From contig CBDUMD010000003.1 in the NCBI GenBank assembly GCA_965368245.1, forward strand, positions 16,735-80,734: a stretch of 64,000 bases of DNA, given 5' to 3'. Positions 29,669 to 39,401 of this stretch are shown here, one piece after another. A model generated the notes under the pieces. That model had not been told where the DNA came from and ran no database searches. It saw only the letters and a program-made list of their open reading frames with translations. Both the position numbers and the translations under genes were made by a program. This DNA is from an uncultured Thermoproteales archaeon (GTDB lineage Archaea > Thermoproteota > Thermoprotei > Thermofilales > B20-G17). Each line of letters begins with the position of its first letter. The stretch's first letter is position 1.

Positions 29669-30178
29669 ATGTCGTTGGCCCAAGAGTTCATTAACACGGT
29701 TATGTTTCTTCTCCCATGTTATATAGCCAACGCTACACCCGTACTTTCCTCGAAAATTTTCCCTAGGAGACATCCGATAGATATGGGTAAAAATTTTGTC
29801 GACGGAAAAAGGATTCTTGGAGACCATAAAACAATAGAGGGATTTACAATAGGTTTTCTAACAGGATCTACCGTAGGTTTCCTGCTTTCTATAATAGGGT
29901 ATCATACTCCGTTTTCAGGTGCTGTCCTTAGCTTAGGAACAATGTTAGGTGATCTAACTGGATCGTTTTTAAAACGTAGACTCAACGTGGCTCCGGGAAA
30001 GGCGCTTCCAGTGGCAGACCAATTGTTATTTCTAGTGTTTTCGCTGTTACTCTACTCCATACTAGTTGAACCAGTTGAGTTTCTAACATTTATAATAAGT
30101 ATTTTAATTACACCACCACTACATCTTTTAACAAATTTTGTTGCATTTAAACTTGGTTTGAAGAGTGTTCCATGGTAA
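29669..30178 (+). CDS. carS: CDP-archaeol synthase (CarS, DUF46 family)
   Basis: LPCYIANATPVL...HPIDMGKNFVDGKRILGDHKTIEGF is the CarS signature region, and the protein is multi-pass membrane. ATG 29669 is preferred over the track start at 29612 (TATA-like TTTATTTTTAAA about 30 nt upstream). Confidence 0.8.
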   Translation: MSLAQEFINTVMFLLPCYIANATPVLSSKIFPRRHPIDMGKNFVDGKRILGDHKTIEGFTIGFLTGSTVGFLLSIIGYHTPFSGAVLSLGTMLGDLTGSFLKRRLNVAPGKALPVADQLLFLVFSLLLYSILVEPVEFLTFIISILITPPLHLLTNFVAFKLGLKSVPW

Positions 30179-30186
30179 GGTCGGGT

Positions 30187-31170
30187 TTAAGCGTTAATTT
30201 TCATCGAAATCTTTTTCAGTTCGAGAAAAATTTGGTCGAAAGCCATTCTCGGGACCCTTACCGACGCTGCCTTAGGATGTCCTCCTCCGGCACCTCTATA
30301 TTTTTCCACAAGTTTTCTAACTATTTCAAGGACATTGAACTCTATTTTTGAAGGTACTCTCATGGTTAACACGATTTCTCGTAATGAGGGTTGAAAAAAC
30401 ACGAACGTTATTTTGTTGGAAGACTCGGCTCTTTCTGATGCAATCTTGCCTACGTATCCACGTACATTTATTTCTCTTAAATCTATTATTTCGACTAAGT
30501 CTGTTGAAAACACCACCTGTCCCTCAAAAATTTTGTGAAGTTTTCTAAGTTTATCTCTAGCTTTTCTGGCTCTTGCTGTGATTTCTTCTGACAGTATTTT
30601 TTGCTCGTTAACCCAGAATTCTATTAATCGCTTCTTAAATTCTATGTCGCTTGGCAGGTATAATAAAGAATCCTCAAGTATTTTCGTTTCCCTTGAAAGA
30701 GGTTTATCTGTCACGAGATAGAGGTTTTTATCGCTTAGGGACCCTATTTCAGCAAGGGTCTTATAAAAGGATGGATTGCTTGTCTGGTTTCCAAAATTTT
30801 CCTCAACCAATTCCGCTGTGCATTTTTCAAGTGAAAAAATCAATGTTATTTTATCGCTTTTGTATTTTGATAAAGCAACTAACGTTGATCTATGATGGTC
30901 GATCCATACGATTTCCCTCCCGTCTTCTTCGATTATAAAAGGAGATATCTTAAACCAGGTATTTTCATCTAAAGCCAGATCGAGAATCCATAAATTACAT
31001 CTATTATAATAAAATCTCTTGAAGAACCTTTGGAGAATATAGGGTTGTGCTATTTCGATATGCGGCTTCCCTACATCTTTTTGGATGATATAGTCAAGAA
31101 GAATAGCGGCGGCAGTTAGTCCGTCCAAATCTCCATGTGTAATTATTATGTTTGATGAAGCAGGATTCAT
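30187..31170 (-). CDS. DHH/DHHA1 family phosphoesterase (NrnA/RecJ-like)
   Basis: ITHGDLDGLTAAAIL (motifs I/II), VWIDHHRS (DHH) and GAGGGHPKAAS (DHHA1 GGGH). Confidence 0.75.
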   Translation of the reverse strand: MNPASSNIIITHGDLDGLTAAAILLDYIIQKDVGKPHIEIAQPYILQRFFKRFYYNRCNLWILDLALDENTWFKISPFIIEEDGREIVWIDHHRSTLVALSKYKSDKITLIFSLEKCTAELVEENFGNQTSNPSFYKTLAEIGSLSDKNLYLVTDKPLSRETKILEDSLLYLPSDIEFKKRLIEFWVNEQKILSEEITARARKARDKLRKLHKIFEGQVVFSTDLVEIIDLREINVRGYVGKIASERAESSNKITFVFFQPSLREIVLTMRVPSKIEFNVLEIVRKLVEKYRGAGGGHPKAASVRVPRMAFDQIFLELKKISMKINA

Positions 31171-31174
31171 ATTT

Positions 31175-31894
31175 TCACCGAATTTCCTGAATATAGTCTG
31201 TCATTTTTTTAATTATTGAAGGTAAATCCCTGTTCCTACACTCCATTGTCAGAACTATGGTTAAAGGGTGCTGTGATCTGATAGAAATTCTTGCATTCGG
31301 GAATTTTCCTTCAAGGAGCTTGATTATCGTATCATCTTTTTCTTTCCACGTGTAAACTCTTTCTTCAATTCTGATAAGGGAGCGTGAATTTATAGATCTA
31401 ACTTCAATCTCGTGAACGTAGCCTCCCTTACCGGTCGAAGTGGTTATTCGTGCGGTAAGGGTATTTTCGTCCTTATGAACCAGCCAGCCTTCCTTTGCTA
31501 AAATTTCTTCTATAAAGGATAGGTTAACTGGTTCAAGAGCCTTAGCTAAGATTAGCCCCCTGGAAACTAGTCGGGAAACGTATTTTTCTACTTCTTTTAG
31601 ATTGTCAAATACATTCCCATAAGGGTCTTTTACCCAAAAATTCAACCTTCCACCTTTTTCTTGAAACGAGTAGTCCCATTCTACATCGCCAACTTGTTCT
31701 ATGAAGCTTCTAATCAATGTTGGAGTTACAGGATATATTGAGAAACTTTGTAACGCTACACCTTTTATAGCGTCTTCTCTAAACACTCTTACTGGTACAT
31801 AAAAACCTTCGATATGCAGTTCTTTCTCTAAGTAAACCCTTTTACCCCTCCTCTCCTTTATCTTCCATCTTCTCGACGTCCTTTGCAGACCCAT
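31175..31894 (-). CDS. hypothetical protein, co-operonic with the DHH phosphoesterase
   Basis: 239-aa ORF ending 4 nt before the DHH gene start. No motif recognised. Confidence 0.5.
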   Translation of the reverse strand: MGLQRTSRRWKIKERRGKRVYLEKELHIEGFYVPVRVFREDAIKGVALQSFSIYPVTPTLIRSFIEQVGDVEWDYSFQEKGGRLNFWVKDPYGNVFDNLKEVEKYVSRLVSRGLILAKALEPVNLSFIEEILAKEGWLVHKDENTLTARITTSTGKGGYVHEIEVRSINSRSLIRIEERVYTWKEKDDTIIKLLEGKFPNARISIRSQHPLTIVLTMECRNRDLPSIIKKMTDYIQEIR

Positions 31895-32000
31895 TTCCCT
31901 CCTACTAAAAACTACTGTTTATTCATGTAGCATTTAAACATTTAAACGTATTTCATTTATTTTCCTAGTAAGAAAGATTATTATAGTAGACTAAGTGCCT

Positions 32001-33179
32001 TTAAGTCTTCTTACGCAGTTTTGCTATGAAGAAACCGGGTGTATCCATGTTATCTGGATGGAATCTCTGTAAGAATGGACACCATTCGCTATCCCCTAAT
32101 CCCCTTTCAGCTACATGGAAATCCTGTTCCTCGACTTCGAAACCATATTTTTCAACAAGAACTCTCACTATATGCTCATTTTCTTCAAGTGTAAGGGTGC
32201 ATGTTGAATATACTAATATTCCATTCTTTTTCAGTAGGCTTGAGGCTGCAGGAAGAAACTGTTGTTGATACATGAAGCAGGATATAATGTCTCGAAAAGT
32301 TTTCCTCTCGATGAGTTTGGGCCTAACCCCCAGCGATGAGCAAGAAGGATCTAAAATCACTTTATCTGCTTTAAGAGAAGGATATTTCACATGTAAACGT
32401 CTACTATCCTCTAAAAGAATTCTAATTGATTTCAGTCCAAGTCTTCTCGAATTCTCAGCCAGTTTTTCGACCTTCTTTCTGCTTCTATCTACCGCTACAA
32501 CCAGCCCCCTATCACCCATAATTTGTGCAACATGGGTCGCTTTTCCTCCAGGGGCTGCACAAAGGTCTACTATTGTTTCTCCAGGCTTCGGGTCAAGGAT
32601 TCTGGCAACTAGCATTGCGGGATAACTTTGGTCATACAATAACCCCTTTTTATATTCGTCTAATTCGCGGATCTTAGGAGCCCTATATCTAGATACAATT
32701 ATTCTTACCGCTAATCCTCTTCGCTTCTGCATGGCATCTCCTATATCCATCTCAGCTATCCCGTACCCTACAGCTATACCATTAGGGGAGTATACTGTGA
32801 CCTCGTCGCCTTTTTTAACAGGATCGCCCCTTAAAATCCCGGGAGCATAGAGGTTTGCCCCCTGAAACACGCTCTCAGCCGTACGTTTATCTACTATAAT
32901 ACCTTTTCTTGCTATAGGTACTTTGAAAGGTCCCTCAACCTCAAAGTATATTGCTTCAGATAAAATACCATCTGCATATGCCGTTAACCCCTCTTCTTTT
33001 AGTCTTTCCAGGATTTTTTCACGGGTGATCTTAAGAGTGTTGACTCTTACAAAATACCGTTTAACAGGCTTGCATGTTTCTTTTATTATCGAGTAGACCC
33101 GTGTCCATCCGATGTATTCAGCCAGGCCTTCAAATATTCTTTTTTCGTATTCTAGGCCCTGAACCTTGATGAACTCCAT
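32001..33179 (-). CDS. NOL1/NOP2/Sun-family RNA (cytosine-C5) methyltransferase with PUA domain
   Basis: DLCAAPGGKATH SAM motif, catalytic-Cys regions DPSCSSLG and YSTCT, and an N-terminal PUA-like region. Confidence 0.85.
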   Translation of the reverse strand: MEFIKVQGLEYEKRIFEGLAEYIGWTRVYSIIKETCKPVKRYFVRVNTLKITREKILERLKEEGLTAYADGILSEAIYFEVEGPFKVPIARKGIIVDKRTAESVFQGANLYAPGILRGDPVKKGDEVTVYSPNGIAVGYGIAEMDIGDAMQKRRGLAVRIIVSRYRAPKIRELDEYKKGLLYDQSYPAMLVARILDPKPGETIVDLCAAPGGKATHVAQIMGDRGLVVAVDRSRKKVEKLAENSRRLGLKSIRILLEDSRRLHVKYPSLKADKVILDPSCSSLGVRPKLIERKTFRDIISCFMYQQQFLPAASSLLKKNGILVYSTCTLTLEENEHIVRVLVEKYGFEVEEQDFHVAERGLGDSEWCPFLQRFHPDNMDTPGFFIAKLRKKT

Positions 33180-33184
33180 TTCCT

Positions 33185-33598
33185 TTATTCGCCTATAACT
33201 TCTACAATTATTCTTCTTATCGGTCGGGGACCATCCAGTTCCAGCAAGAAAATGTTCTGCCAGGTGCCTCTTACAAGTCTTCCATTAACTACGGGAAATG
33301 TTCTTTCCGCACCTAAAAAAGCAGATGCTAGATGTGCAGAAGCGTTATCGTCTATTCTATTATGCTTCCATTTACCGTTATGCGGAAATTCCTCTGAAAC
33401 TTTCTTCAATATATCTTCTATCAACCCGTATTCATGTTCGTTGGCTATAATAGCAGCAGTTGCATGGGGTGCGAAGACTAGGCATAACCCGTTTTTTACA
33501 CCACTTTCAGCAACTATTTCTTCCACTCTATGTGTTATATCGACTAGCTCCAGCCTGTTTCGCGTTTTTAACACGATCTCCCTGACATGCACCTTCAT
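33185..33598 (-). CDS. YjbQ/UPF0047 family protein
   Basis: 137 aa. ITHRVEEIV..SGVKNGLCLVFAPHATAAI..NE...NASAHL...LVRGTWQNIFLLELDGPRPR matches the YjbQ pattern. Confidence 0.75.
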   Translation of the reverse strand: MKVHVREIVLKTRNRLELVDITHRVEEIVAESGVKNGLCLVFAPHATAAIIANEHEYGLIEDILKKVSEEFPHNGKWKHNRIDDNASAHLASAFLGAERTFPVVNGRLVRGTWQNIFLLELDGPRPIRRIIVEVIGE

Positions 33599-33680
33599 TT
33601 TTAACCCTCATTAAAGCCAATTGAGTAAAACATTTTAAATCTATCTCCTTTTTACAGCGAAAGTAAGTGAGGCTTACTCT

Positions 33681-34277
33681 ATGCATGAAAAAAGACCACG
33701 TAGGATACGTTTAGGCAAACATTTATCCATAAAAGCCGACTATCTACCCGCCATCTTTAGAGGGGAAAAAATAACCACTATAAGGAGGGGTATCGTGGTA
33801 CCCATATATGATAGAGTTTATCTCCATAGTAAAGGTAAGGTTATAGGCGAAGTTGAGATTGAATCAACAAAATATGTTAAAGTGAGGGATCTAACAGACA
33901 AAGATGCTCTCCTTGATGGATTTAAAAATAAAAGAGAATTAATGGAAAATCTGCGGAAATTCTATCCAGATATAAATGAGGAGGATTGGGTGACCATCCT
34001 GAGGTTCAAGCTCGTGAGAAAGATCAAGGAAGAAGATAAAGATCATTATATATATTATGGGTATACACCTAGAGAGATAGCTAAACTTGCATTAGCATAT
34101 GATGTAGCTTCTAATTCAGAGGAGAAAAGAATTTTGGCCCTAGTTTTAACAAAAAATAGTATTAGAGAGGCTGCCATCCAGCTCGGCGGGCTTCATAATA
34201 GGAATAAAATAAGGAGTATACTCAGATCCTGTACAGAAAAGCTTCTGAAAATGGGGGTAATCAAACCAAAAAAGTAG
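33681..34277 (+). CDS. ASCH (PUA-like) domain protein with C-terminal HTH-like region
   Basis: LSIKADYLPAIFRGEKITTIRRG is typical of an ASCH N-terminus. The C-terminal helical segment looks HTH-like. Confidence 0.4.
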   Translation: MHEKRPRRIRLGKHLSIKADYLPAIFRGEKITTIRRGIVVPIYDRVYLHSKGKVIGEVEIESTKYVKVRDLTDKDALLDGFKNKRELMENLRKFYPDINEEDWVTILRFKLVRKIKEEDKDHYIYYGYTPREIAKLALAYDVASNSEEKRILALVLTKNSIREAAIQLGGLHNRNKIRSILRSCTEKLLKMGVIKPKK

Positions 34278-34342
34278 AGACATGCTTTCTCCTACTGTCA
34301 AAGCAAGAAACTAGGACACAGAGGTTGTTTTATAAGTGTTGT

Positions 34343-35008
34343 CTATTTCATCCATCCCTGGCTTCTGAGAAAACTAATTATCCTACTTATACTTAATGCC
34401 CCCTCCCTTAAAATTATTAGACTCCCGTCATTCAACACCTTAATGATGGTCGATGGTTTTTTAAGCTCTGTTTCACCCGCATCTATCACAAGGTCTACCA
34501 TTTCATCCAACTGATCTATGGCTTCTTTAGCAGTAATGGGGCTTTTTCTTCCGGAAATGTTAGCGCTTGTTCCAGTTAATAACCCCCCGCAATCTTTAAT
34601 CAGTGTGAGAGCTACCTTGTTCTTAGGTATACGGAAACCGTTTTCCATGGTTCCAGAATGAATGAGAGGGGAAATCGGAGTTCTATCTCGTAGGGGGAGG
34701 ACAAGGGTTAAGGGGCCCGGCCAAAATTTTCTTGCTAGGGTTAATGAATACTTGTTAAAGACAGCTATCTCCATAACTTTTTCGATGCTGGAAGCTAGAA
34801 GAGGTATGTGTTTTCCTGGGGGTCTCTTCTTTACTTTAAGTATTCTTTCTACAGCTTTATCTGAAAAAGGGGTGGCCCCTAAACCGTAAACGGTATCCGT
34901 TGGAAAAACAACTAACCCTCCTTTCTTTACAGTTTCAACCGCGATTTTAAGTTTTTCTTGTAGATCTTCTTCCGTTGTTATCCTTATTACTTGAGGTATA
35001 GTAATCAC
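34343..35008 (-). CDS. L-threonylcarbamoyladenylate synthase (Sua5/YrdC/TsaC family, YrdC domain only)
   Basis: VVFPTDTVYGLGA, PLTLVLP and TSANISG motifs. Confidence 0.85.
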   Translation of the reverse strand: MITIPQVIRITTEEDLQEKLKIAVETVKKGGLVVFPTDTVYGLGATPFSDKAVERILKVKKRPPGKHIPLLASSIEKVMEIAVFNKYSLTLARKFWPGPLTLVLPLRDRTPISPLIHSGTMENGFRIPKNKVALTLIKDCGGLLTGTSANISGRKSPITAKEAIDQLDEMVDLVIDAGETELKKPSTIIKVLNDGSLIILREGALSISRIISFLRSQGWMK

Positions 35009-36857
35009 CCATCCTTTCTAAAGCATATAATAGTTTTTCTTGAAGCTCGTTCTCCTTTTCCCGCAGTCTATCAAAATAGTCTAAGAATTCGCTTTTAACT
35101 GTTTCCACAACTTCTTGGGGGTTAACGCCTTTCTCGGGGATCTGTGCCAAGAAGCTTTCTATTTTTCCGCGCACCTCAGGATTAACTATCTCTGGCACAA
35201 CCTCCTTTAACGATAATATGAGGGCTTTCCCCAGCTCCGTGGGGATACATTTTTTGCCTTTAACCAGCATGTATTTTCTCTTTATATTCGTGTATATGTG
35301 CTCCTGCATTGTAGCATCTGTACCTATACCATAGATTTTCATTAACCTTAGTAGTTCAGCTTCACTTAAGTGGGGAGGAGGTGTAGTGGTTTTCTGAAGC
35401 ATGTTAACATTCAGGATTTCATAAACTTCACCTTTCTGGAACAACCCTAGATCCTTCTCCTTAGGTCTTTCAAAAGGAAATATCCTATAGTACCCCTCAT
35501 TTAGTACCCTTAATCCCTCCATTCTAAAGGGAAACCCGCCAGCCTTTAACGTGATAATCTGGCTTTCTACAACTGCCGGGTCACTTAAAGTAGCAAGGAA
35601 GTGGCGTACAATATAATCATAAATTTTCGCTGCCTTAACACCGAACCGTGATCTAACGTCCTCTAATCTAACGCTTTTAACAGGGTATATGGGGGGATGA
35701 GCTTTATCGTCCTCCCTTCCCCTAGTGGGAACTAGCTTATATTTGGCGAGAACGTATCTCTCTACATAATCTCCGTAATGTGGGTTTCGTATAAACATTT
35801 TAGCGAGATTTCTCAAGTTGAGGGTTGGGGGATAAATGGTGGTCTCTGTTCTCGGGTAGGAGATTAAACCATGCCTATAAAGTTCCTCTGCTATAGTTAA
35901 TGTCTCTTTGGAGCGTATATTAAGAAATCTACTGCAGTTCCTCTCTAACTCGATGGTGTTTAAGGGTACAGGAGACCTTTTTATACGTTTCTTGTAAACT
36001 GCTTCAACAACCTCGACAAAGGATGATTTTCTAAGTTTTTCAAACATCTGAAGCGCTATTTTTCTGTCAAATATTTTTTCTCCTGCATAAAGTGCCCGGT
36101 ATGTTTCTCCTCTCTTCCTAAAAAATAATTCAAATGTATAGTACTTTTTCTTCTTAAAGTTCTCCCTTTCCAATTCCCTTTTTACAACGAAGTAGAGTAC
36201 AGGTGATTGACAGGGACCGTAGCTCAAGAACATTCCCTTTGGGAAAACTTTTTTCTTTTCAACAGTCAAGGTTAAAAATCTTGTGAATGCTGCACCTATA
36301 GTCAGGTCAATTATCATGCGTGCAAATACTTTGTTAGCTAAAAGCGGGTTAGGGTCTCTTAGGTTTTGAAAAGCCTCCAGAATATCTTTTCTTGTTAGAG
36401 CAGAAAACCACGCTCTCTTGAAAACCGCCTTTGGATTGACTTTCCGTATTACGCTCATAGCCTCAAAGGCTATGGCTTCACCTTCCACGTCAGCGTCTAA
36501 TGCCAAAACAACGAATCTCGATATTCGACCTAATAGTTCTAGCGCCCGAACGTATTCTCTGTTTTCAGGTATGACCACCCTAATAGGCGTCGTGAAGAAT
36601 AATACTCTAGGATCCACGTTTCTCCAAGAATTGTATTTTCTATGGAAGTCATAGTTCATTAGGTGTCCTTTAAGCCCTATACATACCCATGTCTTGTTTC
36701 TCCTGGAAAAAATGTATAGCGGAATCCTGCCTATGTTTCTCACGAAAATTCTGCCTTCGGCGAGAAAACTCGAAATTGCTTTGGCTACACTGTTTTTTTC
36801 TGCGACAACAAGGACATCGATTTTTCTCAGAACTTTGTATTTGTCATTATTCTTCAT
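34947..36857 (-). CDS. type IA DNA topoisomerase (archaeal topoisomerase III-like)
   Basis: Toprim VLVVAEKNSVAKAI and LALDADVEGEAIAFE. Active-site Tyr motif LISYPRTETT. Confidence 0.9.
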   Translation of the reverse strand: MKNNDKYKVLRKIDVLVVAEKNSVAKAISSFLAEGRIFVRNIGRIPLYIFSRRNKTWVCIGLKGHLMNYDFHRKYNSWRNVDPRVLFFTTPIRVVIPENREYVRALELLGRISRFVVLALDADVEGEAIAFEAMSVIRKVNPKAVFKRAWFSALTRKDILEAFQNLRDPNPLLANKVFARMIIDLTIGAAFTRFLTLTVEKKKVFPKGMFLSYGPCQSPVLYFVVKRELERENFKKKKYYTFELFFRKRGETYRALYAGEKIFDRKIALQMFEKLRKSSFVEVVEAVYKKRIKRSPVPLNTIELERNCSRFLNIRSKETLTIAEELYRHGLISYPRTETTIYPPTLNLRNLAKMFIRNPHYGDYVERYVLAKYKLVPTRGREDDKAHPPIYPVKSVRLEDVRSRFGVKAAKIYDYIVRHFLATLSDPAVVESQIITLKAGGFPFRMEGLRVLNEGYYRIFPFERPKEKDLGLFQKGEVYEILNVNMLQKTTTPPPHLSEAELLRLMKIYGIGTDATMQEHIYTNIKRKYMLVKGKKCIPTELGKALILSLKEVVPEIVNPEVRGKIESFLAQIPEKGVNPQEVVETVKSEFLDYFDRLREKENELQEKLLYALERMGDYYTSSNKDNNGRRSTRKT

Positions 36858-38059
36858 CAGCTTCTTTTCCTCTTTCTTGCTCCTTTCTCCCTAACCGCAC
36901 GGATACCTACATGAAAGAGTTTTCTAAATATGGCGTCAATGAATTTAACGTATGAACCGCCTTGACCTAGAAATGCTCCTATTCCTTCACCCGTTAAACC
37001 TACTTGAAATTCAGGTCCCACGAAGTCCACGGTCTTAATGTGTTTTCCTATCCAGCTTACAGGATGCACTGCAGTTATAAGTCTACTAAAGTCCAGTGTC
37101 AACTCTACTGCTCTTAAACGGAATCCCGTCTCCTTTTCGATTAAATGTATTCTTTCACCTTTTCTACCTACAAGCCTACCTAAGCTACCTTCTTTAACTA
37201 TTATCAAAGCATCTGGAACCACTTCACTGGTAATGTCAAAATCCTTCTTCTCTTTAGTCATTTCAATTACAGTTAATATTTCTGCGTCCGGGGCCCTGAT
37301 TTTAGCTATATCAAGGATGCTTTTTTCGATGTTATTTAGCTTCCTCTTTAATATCCTTAGTTCGAGGGCGAGCTTGATTCCCCTCTTCGCGCCGGGTCTC
37401 ACTATGTCGGAGAGACCTAGGTCGATTACTATAGCTTTTTCTTCGCCCATTAAAACTTCACGTATAAGAGTTGCTCCATCTACTTCCACGGTTGGATCTC
37501 GCTGAAAAACAGGGTCTCCAGCCACCACGAGTTTAGAGTTCCTTCCAATACGCATAATTATTTCCGCAACTATCTCAGGGTATGTGGATTGGACGTCGTC
37601 GAGAAATATAATCGACTCGTCAAACGTTCTTCCCCGAAGGAAATGCGAATCAGCTATCACTATTTTTCCTTCGTCGATGAGTTTTTGTAGATCTTTTTGG
37701 GAAAATATGCCAGCTAAGACGTCCTCTAGATACGAGTAAACAAGTTTATAGTAAAGGTCACCCACCTCCAGCGCGGTAACTTCTTTGCCGGTACGTACGT
37801 CGACAACTGGTCGTGCAAGTATAAATCTCCTATATTCTCCTTTAAGCACTGCGTCAATAGCGTAGACGCAGGAAAGAAGGCTTTTCCCGGTCCCGGTCGG
37901 ACCAAATACGCCTACAATCTCGTATTCTTTACTTTTTAAGGCATTGAGCAGGACTTCTTGTCCAGCACTCATGGGCTTTACTTTCTCTATTATTCCTGCC
38001 ATCGACCGCCACCTAAAAGGAGTATCTAAATGCTCCATTAAACTAGCTATATGCTTCAA
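36857..38059 (-). CDS. PhoH-like P-loop ATPase with C-terminal KH domain
   Basis: GPTGTGKSLLS, ARPVV, IIFLDDVQS and VVAGDPVFQRD (PhoH pattern). C-terminal GRLVGRKGERIHLIEKETGF (KH GxxG). TGATG overlap with the topoisomerase start. Confidence 0.8.
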   Translation of the reverse strand: MKHIASLMEHLDTPFRWRSMAGIIEKVKPMSAGQEVLLNALKSKEYEIVGVFGPTGTGKSLLSCVYAIDAVLKGEYRRFILARPVVDVRTGKEVTALEVGDLYYKLVYSYLEDVLAGIFSQKDLQKLIDEGKIVIADSHFLRGRTFDESIIFLDDVQSTYPEIVAEIIMRIGRNSKLVVAGDPVFQRDPTVEVDGATLIREVLMGEEKAIVIDLGLSDIVRPGAKRGIKLALELRILKRKLNNIEKSILDIAKIRAPDAEILTVIEMTKEKKDFDITSEVVPDALIIVKEGSLGRLVGRKGERIHLIEKETGFRLRAVELTLDFSRLITAVHPVSWIGKHIKTVDFVGPEFQVGLTGEGIGAFLGQGGSYVKFIDAIFRKLFHVGIRAVREKGARKRKRS

Positions 38060-38100
38060 AGTATCAGATACATGGAGCAGTACAAATATAAATTAGTTTT

Positions 38101-38430
38101 CTAGATGCGGCGTCCACAGAAGGGGCATATGGCATGTACATCGCCTAAAGGTAATTCCATTCCACAGTGTGGGCAAACCTTTTGTTTAAAGAGTAGCTCT
38201 TCATTTTCCTTGAGCGTCGATCGGCTTCGACTTTCTTCTTTTATACTACTGCCACTTAATCCCTTTATACTCGTCTCCATCTCCGATAATAAGCGGCTTT
38301 GCATAACTAGGAGTCTATTTAGTTTTCTAAAACTAAAAACGAAGTATACTAGCACCAGGAATATTACCAGGTTTAACACCGCCAGTAGAAGCACCGTTAA
38401 ATAAAGTTGGGAATCCATCACCTGTAGCAT
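38101..38430 (-). CDS. small membrane-anchored zinc-ribbon protein
   Basis: N-terminal TM helix LTVLLLAVLNLVIFLVLVYFVF. C-terminal CPHCG...CPFCG. Confidence 0.45.
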   Translation of the reverse strand: MLQVMDSQLYLTVLLLAVLNLVIFLVLVYFVFSFRKLNRLLVMQSRLLSEMETSIKGLSGSSIKEESRSRSTLKENEELLFKQKVCPHCGMELPLGDVHAICPFCGRRI

Positions 38431-38581
38431 CTCTAGCTCCTCCTATACCCTTTTTACATTGTTTTATTTATATTAAGCTTACCTTGCTTATAATCACCCT
38501 TAAAATAACGTATTGCTCTAGCGGAATAGACATTGCCTTAATATCTGAAAATATTCTACTATATCCGGGAAGTGAGGAACA

Positions 38582-39127
38582 TTGGAGGAAACAAAATACA
38601 GGGGTAGGGTGAAGATAAGGATAATTAAAGGTGATATAACAGACCTCGAGGTTGATGCAATAGTTAATCCTGCGAATTCGCTGATGCTTATGGGTGGAGG
38701 TGTTTCAGGCGCCATAAAACGTAGAGGCGGTGTAGAGATAGAGATGGAGGCTAGAAAGATGGCTCCTGTACCAGTGGGTAAAGCCGTAGCGACCCACGGA
38801 GGTAAACTTAAAGTAAAATATGTTATACATGCCCCCACGATGGAACGGCCAGCCATGCGGACTACTTTCAAGAAGGTTAAAGAGGCATCTAAAGCAGCTA
38901 TTCAAGTTGCTCTAGATCTTGGTGTTAAGTCACTTGCTTTCCCGGCTATGGGGGCAGGAGTCGGTGGGCTTTCTGCTCGCATGTCAGCTCAAGCTATTCT
39001 TGAAGCTATCGAGGAATCGCTTAAAGATGTCCATGAACCGCCTCTTAAGGAGGTAATATTGGTTGCCTATACACAGGAAGACTATGAGAATTTTATTCAA
39101 AAATTTTCAGAGTGGGTTGGTAGATGA
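38582..39127 (+). CDS. macro domain protein (ADP-ribose binding / deacylase, Af1521-like)
   Basis: IIKGDITDLEVDAIVNPANSLMLMGGGVSGAIKRRGG and FPAMGAGVGGL motifs. Confidence 0.85.
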   Translation: MEETKYRGRVKIRIIKGDITDLEVDAIVNPANSLMLMGGGVSGAIKRRGGVEIEMEARKMAPVPVGKAVATHGGKLKVKYVIHAPTMERPAMRTTFKKVKEASKAAIQVALDLGVKSLAFPAMGAGVGGLSARMSAQAILEAIEESLKDVHEPPLKEVILVAYTQEDYENFIQKFSEWVGR

Positions 39128-39390
39128 AGAATCCCTTAAGGGAGCTACTTAACAAGATTATCTGGGATCCCAGGGTAAATCCTGAGATCTTTGAAATATG
39201 TTTTATATCCAGAGGCTTTCCGGGAGATGTGGAACGGGTTAGATGCAATAATTTAGTCAAAGTTACTCGCGACTATTTTTATATTGAGGAAAACAATAGA
39301 GTGAAGAAGATACCTTTGCACAGGGTTATCTACGTGAAAGACTTAAGGAAAAACGTTGTTGTTTACTCTAAAAGCGGTAGAAGAGGCTGA
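39124..39390 (+). CDS. UPF0248/DUF504-like small protein
   Basis: 88 aa. LRELLNKIIWDPRVNPE...IPLHRVIYV matches my memory of the DUF504 pattern. ATGA overlap with the macro gene. Confidence 0.5.
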   Translation: MKNPLRELLNKIIWDPRVNPEIFEICFISRGFPGDVERVRCNNLVKVTRDYFYIEENNRVKKIPLHRVIYVKDLRKNVVVYSKSGRRG

Positions 39391-39401
39391 GGATAGGGTC
39401 T

